A model generated the notes under the pieces. It worked only from the letters and a program-made list of their open reading frames with translations. It did not search any database and was not told where the DNA came from. Shown here one piece after another: positions 1 through 13,210 of a stretch of DNA of 64,000 bases. The first letter of the stretch is position 1. Every line of letters starts with the position of its first letter. The DNA is taken from positions 17,448 to 81,447 of the forward strand of contig NW_021834205.1 of NCBI RefSeq assembly GCF_006345805.1, given 5' to 3'. The position numbers were made by a program, and so were the translations under genes. The DNA is from Octopus sinensis. Taxonomy: Eukaryota.

Positions 1-262
1 CACAACCCCATCACCACCAACACCATCACCTCCAACACCAGCATCATCAGAACACCGTCTCCACCCTCACTAACACCACCAACTATACCAGCACCACCAC
101 CAACACCATCACCATTAGAACACCATCTCCACCAACACTAACACTGCCAACACCACCACCATCACCACCATTATCAACACCACTAACACCGGCTCCCCCA
201 ACAACACCATAAACGCCACCATCAACACCACTACATACTATCACTTCCACCATTACCACTGC
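1..262. repeat. Degenerate (ACC/AAC)n low-complexity tract
   Basis: Continuous caccac/caacac trinucleotide-like repeats. Confidence 0.9.
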
Positions 263-1664
263 TGTTCATCGGACACTTAAATTTTACATGTTCCACATGT
301 AAATATTAATAAGCAGACGTTTTCTGAAAGAGCCAAATGCGTCCTTCGCAAGAGGACATTTTCCTTCATCAATTTATTTACGGGTTTGGCGAGGAAAAAG
401 CAGTCAAACAACTAGCATCGTGTTAGAGCATGAGGGTTGAATTGTTGCAAGAATATAGATTATATGGGAGAAAGAAATAAGAAGGTGCACAGTTAGTCTC
501 TCACGAGAACGGCGCGGTGATTTACGAAGGGTTAACGCTTTATGAAAGCTCTGAGAATAAGACTATAAGAAGGTTTTCGTAGCCATATTAATAGACGCAT
601 TTATCTGTGTCATGGCTGGCGTTGAAAGCGGTGAGATTGCTTTAGAGACGAATATGATTGTGTATTATATATTTTTATAATTATCTCTTTTATAATTATA
701 TCTTTTATAATTATCTTTTATAATTATCTCTTTAATCATTATTTCTTTTATCAGTACGATTATATTTTTATGATTATATTTTTTATTATTCAATCAAATC
801 AACCACTTTTCCACTTTTCTTTTAAAGAAAGCTTTCCTTCTTCTTCCTTACGTTTCTTTAAACTTTTCGATTTTCAATATCTGATCGCTAATTTTTGTAA
901 AATTAAACTAGGTCAACTCTCCATCTTGTCTGTATTTATCTTCCATAATTATTATTTCTATTTTTTTAATACAAAACTGCTTATGATCCCTTTATTCTAA
1001 ATCACACACTCTCTCTCTCTCTCTCTCTCTCTCCCTCGCTCTTTCCCCCTCTCCCTCCCTTTGTTAACGAAGCGTCTACAGAGGAGCATAAACGCTGGTA
1101 GACCATCATAGGTGTTTCTTAAAGAATATAACGTGCAAGATGGTTGACAGCGTTGACAATGTTTGGAATATTGTAAAAGCATCAAGACAATAATATGAAT
1201 GGCATAAATTGTAGACAACGTTAATACTTAGGTGTACAGCGAGTGAGAGATCCTAGATATGACTACAGAAAGTAATGTTTTAAATGAAAAGCAAATTTCA
1301 TTCCTAATCTAACTAATAATGGCGTCAAAGGTCTTGGCATTTCTGCTGGGCAATAGACGAATATAGATGACGCCCACATTTCCCGCTATGTAGCTTTAAA
1401 TTCAAACAGTAATGAACATTCTCACGTAATTAAATAGATCTACTGAACCAAACACTTTATTTTATCGGCTCTTCGTTAAAATTTGAGTCGATTTTCAGTT
1501 AATTCTGAATTTCTCGTTATTAAGCAATCTGTACTTGATTACAGAGTATTTTAAAAATAATATGGGATGGAGACTTGTTAGGTAATCTGTGTGCGCTAAT
1601 CGAACTACCGGCTTCCCATTAATCCTGACGATGCTGGATTATTAACGCACGACATATATGCTGC

Positions 1665-1997
1665 GACTCCCTTCGGTCATGACTGACCATGGGATTGCAC
1701 CTAGAAAGTTACTCTCTGAGGCACAAGTCCGGGCAAGTTTGTTTGTGAAAGACCAGCAGTCGCCCATGGATACCAGCCTCCCCTCTCCAAGCCACCAGTG
1801 TTTTCCAAGGGAAAGGCAAAGGGGCCGATACAGCATGGCACCTGTGACGTCGCAACTCATTTCTACAGCTGAGTGAACTGGGGCAACGTGAAATAAAGTG
1901 TCTTTCTCAAGAACACTACACGCAGCCCGATCCGGGATTCGAACTCACAATCTCACAATCCTAAACTCGACGCTCTAACCATTGAGCCATGCGCCTT
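1665..1997 (-). mobile_element. tRNA-derived SINE, family C
   Basis: Minus strand starts ggcgcatggctcaatggttagagcg (A box) ... gagttcgaatccc (B box); body homologous to 37989, 52213 and 60391 copies. Confidence 0.9.
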
Positions 1998-2002
1998 CAC
2001 AT

Positions 2003-2776
2003 GACATATTAACGACTCCTTAGTGTCATCCAACAACACCAGAGACCTTGGAATAATTGTTGATAATAATTTAAGCTGGAGTTCCCACGTAACCCAACAA
2101 GGTTGACTTGGCCCGCAAGATGTGCTCCTGGATTCTGAGAACTTTCTGGTCTAGAGATGCTCACACCATCATCCTTCTCTACACTACTTTTGCCCGTATC
2201 CGTCTCCATCTTGAATACTGTTGCTCACTGTAGTCTCTCCAGAGGCACTCTAGAGGTCAATAACAAGAAAAATAGACGGCATGACAGGCATTGACTATTG
2301 GGTCAAATAAAAAAACTCAATCTCTACTCTCTCCAACGCCGTCGTGAGTGCTACATCATTTGTGTGCTGTGGAAAATATTCCATCAATATTGCACAAAAG
2401 ATGTTGGCATCAATTTTATAATTTACCCAAGAATGACCTCCCGTGCTATCAGCCCACTACAAAAATCGAACTCAAAGCACATAACAACATTACGACACAA
2501 CTAATTTACCTCAACCTGCCCAGCTCTCCTTAATATTATACCAAAATACATGAAAACGGAAACAGATTCAAAAGTTCTCTGGGTAAATTTTTCCAAAAAT
2601 TCCCGGGCCAACCTGAATATGTCTCCATAAATAATACCTTTTTGCTAGAGTATGCTATGATGTCCCATATTTGACTGAGTTGTGGATCACGAGATCTAAA
2701 AGACTTCACCGGGTGGTACTATTAAGTTAGACATGGCCTGGGCCTATAGTGGTCGAAACCTATCTAAGTTATCTAA
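2003..2776 (+). mobile_element. CR1/L2-like LINE, 3' fragment, decayed
   Basis: Translates to RDLGIIVDNNLSW, CSWILRTF, HLEYC, LNLYSLQRRRECYIIC; ends in a tatctaag tandem tail; 3' end homologous to 29882 and 42188 copies. Confidence 0.85.
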
Positions 2777-2869
2777 TTTAAAGGCTGTAACTGGTTGGTT
2801 AGGCTTCCAAGAATTACAGCGAACTGGGTCTTCAGTTCTCCAAGTTTCCTTTTAACAAGTTAGGTTCTA

Positions 2870-3564
2870 TGAGCCCGAAACTTTAGGCAATGTTCTTTTA
2901 AAAATTATAAAATGCGGAAGTTTTTGTGCCATCAGCGCAGCATTCTAATACAACTGTGTAGTGTGTCTTTTCATTGCCACATGTTTTAACAGTCATAGTT
3001 TAGCACCCTTGGATTCTACCGTCTTGTTTGATGGTGCATCAGATTTCAAAGGGACTTCGTCCATATTTGCTTTCTGTGAAAGTTCAAAATTAACTTCTTT
3101 TCATGTATTAATGACATTCCAGTGGAACTTAATAGTTTGATCTTCGTATTCAGGGGATATTTTTGGTCCTATTCTTGTCCTAGCCCTCAAACAGAGATTA
3201 TGTCTCCTCATAAATTTTGAACACCATGATGATGGCCCTTTAAAATCATTGATATCTCTGTTCATTCCAATAAGTCTTGAATGCTACACAATCATTTTAG
3301 TGGATACTGAAAAGCCCGATCTTCTTTGGTCTAAAACACAGGATTTTTAATCCTTCTTCTATTTCAGGTCACCTTACAACTCCCCCGCGGAGGCAGTGCT
3401 TGCTGCGTTTAGCAGCTTTCAGCTGTTCCTGTTTCCTCCAAGTCCTTACTATTTTCTCAGTTGTAGCGGACCTAAATACTGAGCAGTTGCCCTATTACCG
3501 TGGTCTTTTGCGTATGCTACATCTAGTTTAATTTTTTTGTTTTTTTTTTTGTTTTTTTAGCCAT
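2870..3564 (-). mobile_element. pogo/Tigger (POGK-like) transposase fragment with stops and frameshifts
   Basis: Minus strand: YAKDHGNRA (Brinker-like DBD), FKGPSSWCSKFMRRHNLCLRARTRI, NMDEVPL..APSNKTVESKGAK, GNEKTHYTVVLECCADGTK: HTH plus start of the DDE domain. Confidence 0.85.
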
Positions 3565-4989
3565 GGATTTGGATTTCAGCCAAGGATCTGTGCGAAATGT
3601 ACCGTAAATAAACTTACAGGTACGTTATGGAAAACCGTACCCCAACTCTTGTCTCTCATCAGATCAGCTGTATAGCTGTTTATACTATGGGAAAAGATAT
3701 TGCTATACAGGATGAGCTACTCGTATTTCTAGATGTGATGTTTTCTGTTACCGCGACAGGCCACAGTGTGGAAAAAAGGGGAAAAAAAACTAAAAGAGCC
3801 AAATGCAAATGAATGACCAAAAAAGGAACACGACAGGAAGGAGACGCTGTGGTAAAAGTGAAGCGTCTGACACATCATCTGATCTGATCGTTACAAATGG
3901 CTGCCAGACAGATGAAAGTTTATTAACATTCCTTTGAAATTTAGGATTATTTTTCATTTAGATAAAGAACAAATGCTTCTTAAAGTTAAGGCAGTCGTTA
4001 AATAATGTAATACATATATCAGGTGTGATTTATGTATGCTGGAGAAGGAGGTAAGTGAGGAGGAATTACAACCGTGTTTCGTGGTCTGCTACCACAACAG
4101 CTCCTTTATAGGATCCAGTTAGCTCAAGACATCATCAGGAGGAACCACGTCCGGTTTCGGCCCCTACTCCTCTGCCGCTTTGACGTGGCGCGGCCCCGCC
4201 TTTCGGAGGTGTCTTCAGCTCTGGTGTTGGGTGCATGTCTTCTTTCTTCTTCTTTCTTCCGTTCCCTGGCCTCTTCGATGTATCGTCAGCGAGTATCAGC
4301 CGGTGACTGACTGTCTTGTCAAATTTTTCCCTTTAAATACCTGCCGCATAGTCTCCAGCAGGCAGCCCCAGCAAGTTGTCACGTGACGCTGTCTCACCTT
4401 AACTGAAGGCGCGTAGTTTTAGCTTTCCCTCATAATTGCTGACGGTATCGTAAGATATTTTTCGTAAATTTATGAAAACAGACTGTGATAATTCGGCTAC
4501 TTTTCAATATTTTATTATTAGTAACACAATTTACTGTAATAACTTGGCTTGTTTTTATTATATTATTATTACCAACACTTTTTGTGCCTAGAGAACTTAC
4601 CCGGTATGGTCGTCCAGCTCCTTACCCTATGACGTTCGGTCTCCGATTCGTTAAACGACCGCTTTAGACGCAGAGCAATTTTTTGATACGTTTAAAAATA
4701 AGAAAAACACGTCAAATCTGCCGGCAAACACTGTACATCAATATGGCTACCATTGTGATTGGTTCGATATTCTTATTTCGTAATTACTGCTTATATTCTC
4801 TAAGTAAAGTTAAACTAAAGAACGCAGATAAGATTTCCGACGAATTATTCTACGTTTAAATATTAAATTCAACATACATCATCAAATATAATGCTTACCT
4901 GTCACCTATGAAAGCTGTCAGAAATACGAGCAAGTTCACGAAACCATTCGGAACGATTTTCTTCAGTGTCCGTGCATTGTTGAATTGCT

Positions 4990-5017
4990 AGATTATTATT
5001 ATTATTATTATTATTAC

Positions 5018-5056
<39 letters not shown>

Positions 5057-5197
5057 CATTATTATTGTTATGTATTGTTATTATTATATTATTATTATTG
5101 TTGTTATTGTTATTGTTATTGTTTCATTATTATTATTGTTATTATTATTATTAATTATTATTATTAATTATTATTATTATTGTTATTGTTATTGTTA

Positions 5198-5265
<68 letters not shown>

Positions 5266-5364
5266 GTTATTGTTATTGTTATTGTTATTATTATAATTAT
5301 TATTATTGTTGTTATTGTTATTGTTATTGTTATTAATTATTATTATTATTATTATTATTATTAA

Positions 5365-5398
<34 letters not shown>

Positions 5399-6625
5399 GT
5401 TATTGTTATTGTTGTTATTATTCTTATTATTTATTATTATATATTATATCATTATTATTGTTATTGTTATTGTTATTGTTATTATTATAATAATTATTAT
5501 TGTTGTTATTGTTATTGTATATTGTTATTAATTATTATTATTATTAATTATTATTATTAATTATTATTATTATTATTATTATTATTATTGTTATTGTTAT
5601 TGTTATTGTTATTATTATTATTATTATTATTATTGTTATTGTTATTGTTATTATTATTATGATTATTATTATCATTATTATTGTTATTGTTATTGTTATT
5701 ATTATTATGATTATTATTATCATTATTATTATTATTGTTATTGTTATTGTTATTATTATATTATCATTGTTACTGGTTATTGTTATTGTTATTATTATAT
5801 TATTAATTATATTATTATTATTATTATATTATTAATTAGTATATTATTATTATTATTGTTTGTAATTGTTATTGTTATTATTATATTATATTATTATGAT
5901 TATTGTTATTGTTATTGTTATTTATTATTAATTATTATATATTATTATTTTATTATTATTATTTTTATTATATTAATATTATTATTATGTTATGTTATTG
6001 TTATTATTATTATTATTATTATTATTGTTATTGTTATTGTTATTATTATTAAATATTATTATTATTATTATTATTAATTATTATTATTATTATTATTATT
6101 ATTGTTATTGTTATTGTTATTGTTATTGTTATTATTATTATTATTATTGTTATTGTTATTGTTATTATTATTATTATTATTATTGTTGTTATTGTTATTT
6201 TGTTGTTATTATTATTAATTATTATTATATTTATTATTATCATTAATTATTATTATAATTATTATTATTATTATTATTGTTATTGTTATTGTTATTATTA
6301 TTATTGTTATTGTAATTGTTATTATTATTATTATTATTGTTATTATTAATTATTATTATTATTATTATTATTATTATCATTATTAGTATTATTATTATTA
6401 TTGTTATTATTATTATTATTATTACTATTGTTATTGTTATTATTAAATATTATTATTATCATTATTATTATTATTATTTATTATTATTATTATTATTATC
6501 ATTGTTATTGTTATCGTTATTGTTATTGTTATTACTATTATTATTATTATTATTATTGTTATTGTTATTGTTATTATTATTATTATAGTAATTATTATTA
6601 TTATTCTTATTATTATTATTGTTAT

Positions 6626-6665
<40 letters not shown>

Positions 6666-6882
6666 GTTATTTTATTATTGTTATTGTTATTGTTATTGTT
6701 ATTGTTATTATTATTATTATTGATATTATTATTATTATTAATTATTATTATTATTATTATTATTATTGTTATTATTATTATTATTATTATTGTTATTGTT
6801 ATTGTTATTGTTATTGTTATTATTATTATTATTATTATTGTTATTGTTATTGTTATTGTTATTATTATTAATTATTATTTTC

Positions 6883-6913
<31 letters not shown>

Positions 6914-7083
6914 ATTGTATTGTTATTGTTATTATTATTATTGTTATTATTATTATTATTGTTATTGTTATTGTTATTGTTATTGTTATTGTCATTGTTA
7001 TTGTTATTATTAATTATTATTATTATTATCATTATTTATTATTATTATTATTATTATTATCATTATTATTATTGTTATTGTTA

Positions 7084-7115
<32 letters not shown>

Positions 7116-7290
7116 GTTATTGTTATGGTTATTGTTATTATTATTATTATTAATATTATTATTATTATTATTATTATTGTTGTTATTGTTATTCTTATTA
7201 TTATTAATTATTATTATTATTATTATTATTGTTATTATTTTTATTGTTGTTATTATTATTATTATTATTGTTATTATTATTATTATTATT
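4990..7290. repeat. ~2.3-kb compound (TAT)n/(TATTGT)n microsatellite array
   Basis: Directly visible alternating att runs and gttatt runs. Confidence 0.98.
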
Positions 7291-7829
7291 GAGTGAGAGA
7301 GCAGTTCATGCCATCAAAGGGACACTGGGGTAAAATATACGAAGCCCAATATACCCATCATGACTACCCGTCTGATAAAGGTACACCAGACACATGCATC
7401 ACAACCATATGTGCGCAACATGGTGATCTCATATCAAGATAAACAGCACATGACCTTGTAGAATTTTCTTCAGGTTGAGTAGCCCATCCCGCTCAAACGG
7501 TCCCTGAATAAGGGTTGGTTAAGTATGTTGAAAGAACCACCCATGTTTCCAGAGGTGAACTATTCAAACCCCAAAGAATCCCTCTCAACACATGGCTATG
7601 ATGCTCCCCCACTACTTCTGCTCGTGATCAGAGATGCACATATCGTCAGCCACTAAGGGAATGCTCAACTGGTTATGGTCAAACAACTGACAAGCAAATC
7701 TGTGGTATTGAGCAGAATATTTGGTGTAGCCCATCTTTTATACCAAGACAAAACAATGTACATGATAACACTTCCAATCAGTTAAGATCAGAAGCCATGA
7801 GAGCCACTGCCTGGTACTGCATCAGGGCA
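7291..7829. mobile_element. ~540-bp non-coding interspersed element flanked by (ATT)n on both sides
   Basis: Near-colinear with 44542-45073; inverted partial copy at 8278-8620; no ORF or clear tRNA head. Confidence 0.85.
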
Positions 7830-7914
<85 letters not shown>

Positions 7915-7920
7915 TATTGA

Positions 7921-8105
7921 TTTCAAATTTTGGCACAAGGTCAAATTGTTCGCGGTGGGGGAGGAGGGCAAGCTGAACTGATACTTATTTTATCGACTTT
8001 GAAAGGATGGAACGCAGAGTCTACCTCAGTGGAATTTGAACTCAGAACGTAGAGACGGTCAAAATGACGTTAAGCTTTTCGCCTGGCATGCCATCTTGCC
8101 GCCTT
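7921..8105 (-). mobile_element. tRNA-derived SINE, family B, diverged
   Basis: gaaaggatg..gcagagtctacctcagtggaatttgaactcagaacg matches the family B core. Confidence 0.8.
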
Positions 8106-8139
8106 AAAAATAATTACAATAGTAATAATAATAATATAA

Positions 8140-8219
<80 letters not shown>

Positions 8220-8277
8220 TAATAATAATGATAATAATAATAATAATAATGATAATTATAATAATAATAATAATAAA

Positions 8278-8620
8278 TGCCCTAATGCAGTACCATAATT
8301 GCCCTGATGCAGTATAAATGCCCTGATGCAGTACCAGGCAGTGGCTCTCATGGCTTCTGATCTTAACTGATTGGAAGTGTTACCATGTGCATTGTTTTGC
8401 CTTGGTATAAAAGATGGGCTACAGCAAATATTCTGCTCAATACCACAGATTTGCTTTTCAGTTGTTTGACCATAACCAGTTGAGCATGTCCCGTTGTGGC
8501 TGACGATATGTGCATCTCTGATCAAGAGCAGTAGTGGGAAGCATCATAGCCATTTGTTGAGAAGGATTCTTTGGGGTTTGAATAATTCACCTCTAGAAAC
8601 ATGGGTGTTTCGTTCAACAT
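8278..8620. mobile_element. Partial inverted copy of the (TAA)n-associated element with a triplicated terminus
   Basis: tgccct(a/g)atgcagta repeated three times at 8278-8340, then reverse complement of about 7530-7829. Confidence 0.85.
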
Positions 8621-9149
8621 CATTTTCCTGAGCGTCCAATAACACTATACTTGTTCCACGTCCTCGCGTTCTTGTGTTTTCATGTTTGGATTAACTTTAT
8701 ATACATATATACACTGCTTTATCCACTTACAATCCACTTGTTACAGGAAAATTGAACTGAAAGCGGGCAACTAACCTTTAGAAAATTTAAATTTCGTTAT
8801 CTTTATATTGAATCAATTTCGGAATTAATCCCTATAAAGGATGCATTCTTCTTCAGTAGAGCTTACGAGGGAACATAAATAAAATACTCACATGTGATCA
8901 TGGAAAAAGCAGAAGCTAAAAACACAACCACATTTAAGTACATCATTTATATCTAAATATATATATATATATATAGATAAGAAAGTTTGTTTTACCGCGA
9001 AACCGGTAATTTCTTTAAAAATTTTTTAAATTATGTCATTTTAAGGAAAGGAAAAAAAATTTTTCCAATATTCTCCAGACATTTTGACACAAATATATAT
9101 ATTTTTTAACATTTAAGCCATCTGTCGTTTTTTCACACTTTACTATTTT

Positions 9150-9191
<42 letters not shown>

Positions 9192-9357
9192 TACGACGGG
9201 CTTCTTTCAGTTTCTGTCTACCAAATCCACTCACAAGGCTTTGGTCGGCCCGAGGCTGTAGTAGAAGACACTTGCCCAAGGTGCCACGCAGTGGGACTGA
9301 ATCCAGAACCATGTGGTTGGTTTGCATGCTACTTACCACACAGCCACTCCTGCGCCT
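9192..9357 (-). mobile_element. SINE family A, 5' half
   Basis: Reverse of aggcgcaggagtggctgtgtggtaag...ggttcagtcccactgcgtggc (A and B boxes). Confidence 0.9.
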
Positions 9358-10313
9358 ATAATAATAATAACAACAACAGCAGCAGCAATGATCATAACAA
9401 TTATTAATATATTAATTATTATTATCATCATCATTATTATTATTGCTACTATTATTATTGTTATTATCATTTATTTTTCTTGCCATATCTCTCTATTGTT
9501 CTTTATATTATTTATAGCCTTTTACAGTCAAATACATGAATAAATTAGTAAACAGACTAGAAATAATACTACTAGCAGACTAAACCTCACAACACCAACA
9601 ACAAGATCATTAGTTAAACATGAAGTGGTTTATAAAAATCTATGGCTAGATTCCCAGTGGTTTTCAAGGCTGCACTTTATCGCTCCCTCCGGTCACGTGC
9701 AACCGAGGTAAGCCCAACTTGTGTTACAATATAGCCTTTATCCTTTCAGTAGCATAGCTGAAGATTATTATAGACTTAGAAACACAAACAAACGAACAGC
9801 AACACGCACAGACACACAGTCACACACACACACACATACACATACATAGGCAAACGCACACACAAACAAACACGAACTGCAGTGCACATATATAGCCCTT
9901 CCAATAAGTCTCTATTCAAGTGCGTGTTTTGTGGATGTGTGATTATCGGTGTCTGTGTAGAAGTGAGTGCGTGTACACATAAATACATATGTATATGTGT
10001 GTATATGTGTGTATGTGCATGCATATATATATATATATGTCTGTTTGTATGTATGTATATATGTATATGGAAATACATGCATATAGTATGTATATATATA
10101 TATATGCACACACACATCAAAATATGGATTATGTAAGAATAAATGTTAAAAACAAATATAAATACATAAAATAATAACGGCGACAACAGCCACAACAACA
10201 ACAACAAAAATAATGAAAATAATAATAATATTATTATCATTATTATTTTCATTATTATTATTATTATTAGTAATAATAATAATAGTAATAATAATGATAA
10301 TAATAAAAATAAT

Positions 10314-10344
<31 letters not shown>

Positions 10345-10347
10345 GTA

Positions 10348-10387
<40 letters not shown>

Positions 10388-10919
10388 TAATAATCTGGAT
10401 ACGTTGCCAGAGTTTTGACAATGAGTATACAAGAATAGGAATGAATCAAACGAAATTAAAATATATAAATATATATTAATGAATCAATATAATAGATCGA
10501 TAAATCAATAATTACGAGAAATGTCAGTGTGACTTGATGATTGGGGAATGACGTAATAGATCCCAATCCATGGTAAGTCCACGGTCACGTGACCTCATCT
10601 TGCACAATTGTGAAGGAAAGCAGTGGGTGGGAAAGGGAGGAGGTGGGGGAGGAGTATCAGATGTTTTCATTCCTCATCATGATATCATCATCATCGTCGT
10701 CGTCATCATCGTCCCCCCCACCGCCGCCGACTTCGTTATCATCATTAACAGAAGTTTCCTAAACAAAAGATAAAGACAAAAACAAAGAACAAACAAGCAA
10801 ATAAGAAGAATCAAGTTAAGGCGCCACTCAGAATTTCGACTAATTAACACAGTTTGGTCTTTTAATGTTGTTTTCGGTTTTTAAACTTTGATTAGATTGG
10901 TGTGTGTGTGCATGCGTGC

Positions 10920-10956
<37 letters not shown>

Positions 10957-11574
10957 AGAGAGCGAGAGAGAGGGAGGGAGGGAAGAAAGAAAGAGAGCGG
11001 GTATTTAAGTGTTTGTACGTGTGAAGTAGACAGAGGTAGACGGTGAAAGGGAAAGAAAACGAAGAGCGTGAGGTCGGTGGAAGAGAATACATACATACAC
11101 ACACACATACAGGCATGCATACATACATACATGTATACATACATATATACACACAGACAGACAAACAGACATACAGGCAGACTGATAAATAGATAGACAG
11201 ACAGACAGATAGATAGATACATACATATACACATACATGCATACAAACGTACATAGTTAAGTAGATAGATAAATAGATAGATCGATAGATACATACATAC
11301 ATACATACATACATACATACATGCATGTATACGTACATACATACATAGATGTATACATACATACAAACATACTTAGATAAGAAGATAGATAGATTCAAAC
11401 ATACATACATATGTACATATATAGATAAGTAGATAGATATATAGATAGATGCATACATACATAAGTAGATAGATAGATAGATATTTATACATATACACAC
11501 ACATATATTTATACAAAGGCATGAATACATATATGGGTGTGTGTCTTTGTGTGTGTGTGTGTGTGTGCTTATGT

Positions 11575-11768
11575 ATCTGTGCCTGACTCACCACCACAGC
11601 TTGACAACCGGTGCTGGTATGGTTACGTACTTGTAACTTAGCGGTTCGGCAAAGGTATGGTTAGAATAAGTTCCAGGCTCTTAAAAACAGAAAATAAGTA
11701 TTGGGGGTCGATACATTCGAATAAAGAATCTTCAAGGCGATACTCCAATATGGCCGCATTCAAATGAT
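11575..11768 (+). mobile_element. SINE family A, old 3' half
   Basis: cttgacaaccggtgctgg..taacttagcggttcggcaaa..tatggccgc matches the 3' body. Confidence 0.75.
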
Positions 11769-11935
11769 ATCACAAACGTGTGTTGCTACGTGCATATAGT
11801 TAAATATAGAAATAAATAGATGCGTATGTACATGCACGCGTGTTTATATACATGTGTCTGTGAGTGTGTGCGTGTGTGTGTGTGTTTGTGAATGCGTATG
11901 TGTGGTGTGGTGTGTGTGTGTGTATACGCATATTT

Positions 11936-12181
11936 TTTCAGTCATTTGACTGCAGCCATGCTGGAGCACCACCTTTAATCGAAGGAATCGACTCCAGGTT
12001 TTATTCTTTGTAAGCCTAGTACTTATTCTATCGGTCTCTTTGCCGCACCTCTATGTATGTGTGTGTGTGTGTGTGTGTTTGTGTGTTTACGGGGACGTAA
12101 ACACACCAACATCGTTTGTCAAATGATAGTAGGTGACAAACATAGACACCCACTCACACAAATATAAATATGTATATATAC

Positions 12182-12255
<74 letters not shown>

Positions 12256-12414
12256 CGACTGGCTTCTTTCACTTTCCTCAACCAAATCCATTCACAAGGC
12301 TTTGGTCGGTCCGAGGCTATAGTAGAACTTTCCCAAGGTGCCACGTAGTGAGACTGAACCCATAACCATGTGCTTGGGAATCAAGCTTCTTACCACACAG
12401 CCACGCCCACGCCT
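11936..12414 (-). mobile_element. SINE family A with internal (TG)n and (TA)n expansions
   Basis: Both halves present in reverse orientation. Confidence 0.85.
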
Positions 12415-12726
12415 GTCTATATTTATTTATATCGAGGTGAAGTAGATGTTTATATTTATAAGACAGTAAAAGCCAGGAGAATGAGGCTAATGATATTACG
12501 TTCTTTGATGCTGCAGCTATCAATAAAAGCTGGTAGGATGTAATAAACTTGATTTCATCGCCCACGTATTGCGTTAGTTCGTCGGTGGGTGTGGCAGGTA
12601 TTGAACCTCGGGTCACTGAAACGGAATACGAAGCTGGTGGACATCACACTGACGTTTGCTTCCAACGCTACACTTTCCAATATTTACTCTATCACTCTAC
12701 TACTATTACTACCATTACTACTACTA

Positions 12727-12788
<62 letters not shown>

Positions 12789-12887
12789 ACTACTACTACT
12801 TCTGCTGCTGCTACAAGTACTGCCAGTAATAGTAGTAGCAGTGGCAGCAGTACTGATAACATAGTAGCAACAGCAGCAGCAATAGTA

Positions 12888-12930
<43 letters not shown>

Positions 12931-12938
12931 AATATATC

Positions 12939-12972
<34 letters not shown>

Positions 12973-12974
12973 GC

Positions 12975-13183
12975 TTCAAATTTTGACACAAGGCCGGCGA
13001 TATTGGGGGAGGGGATAAGTCGATTTTATAGACTCCAGTGCGTAACTGTTACTTATTTTATCGATCCCGAAAGCATGAAAAACAAAGTCACTCCGGTGAC
13101 ATTTGAACTCAGAGCGTAAAAACGGACGAAATGCCGCTAAGCATTTTATCCGGCGTGCTAACGATTCTGCTACCTCGCCACAT
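12975..13183 (-). mobile_element. SINE family B
   Basis: Core atttgaactcagagcgtaaaaacggacgaaatgccgctaagca. Confidence 0.8.
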
Positions 13184-13210
13184 TAATAATAATAATAACA
13201 ACAACAACAA

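Noticed and set aside
4023-4052. 28-30-nt micro-exon ending AG|gtaagt
   Set aside because: Poor acceptor; the RCDLCMLEK peptide could equally be a decayed Penelope endonuclease tail
9642-9707. ATG-led MARFPVVFKAALYRSLRSRATE ending at GAG|gtaagc, resembling a mitochondrial presequence exon
   Set aside because: Weak start context, no promoter spacing, no linked downstream exon; compatible with chance
12420-12690. Unique island with open frames (e.g. QVLNLGSLKRNTKLVDITLTFASN)
   Set aside because: No convincing splice sites or family motif; the frames run into microsatellite
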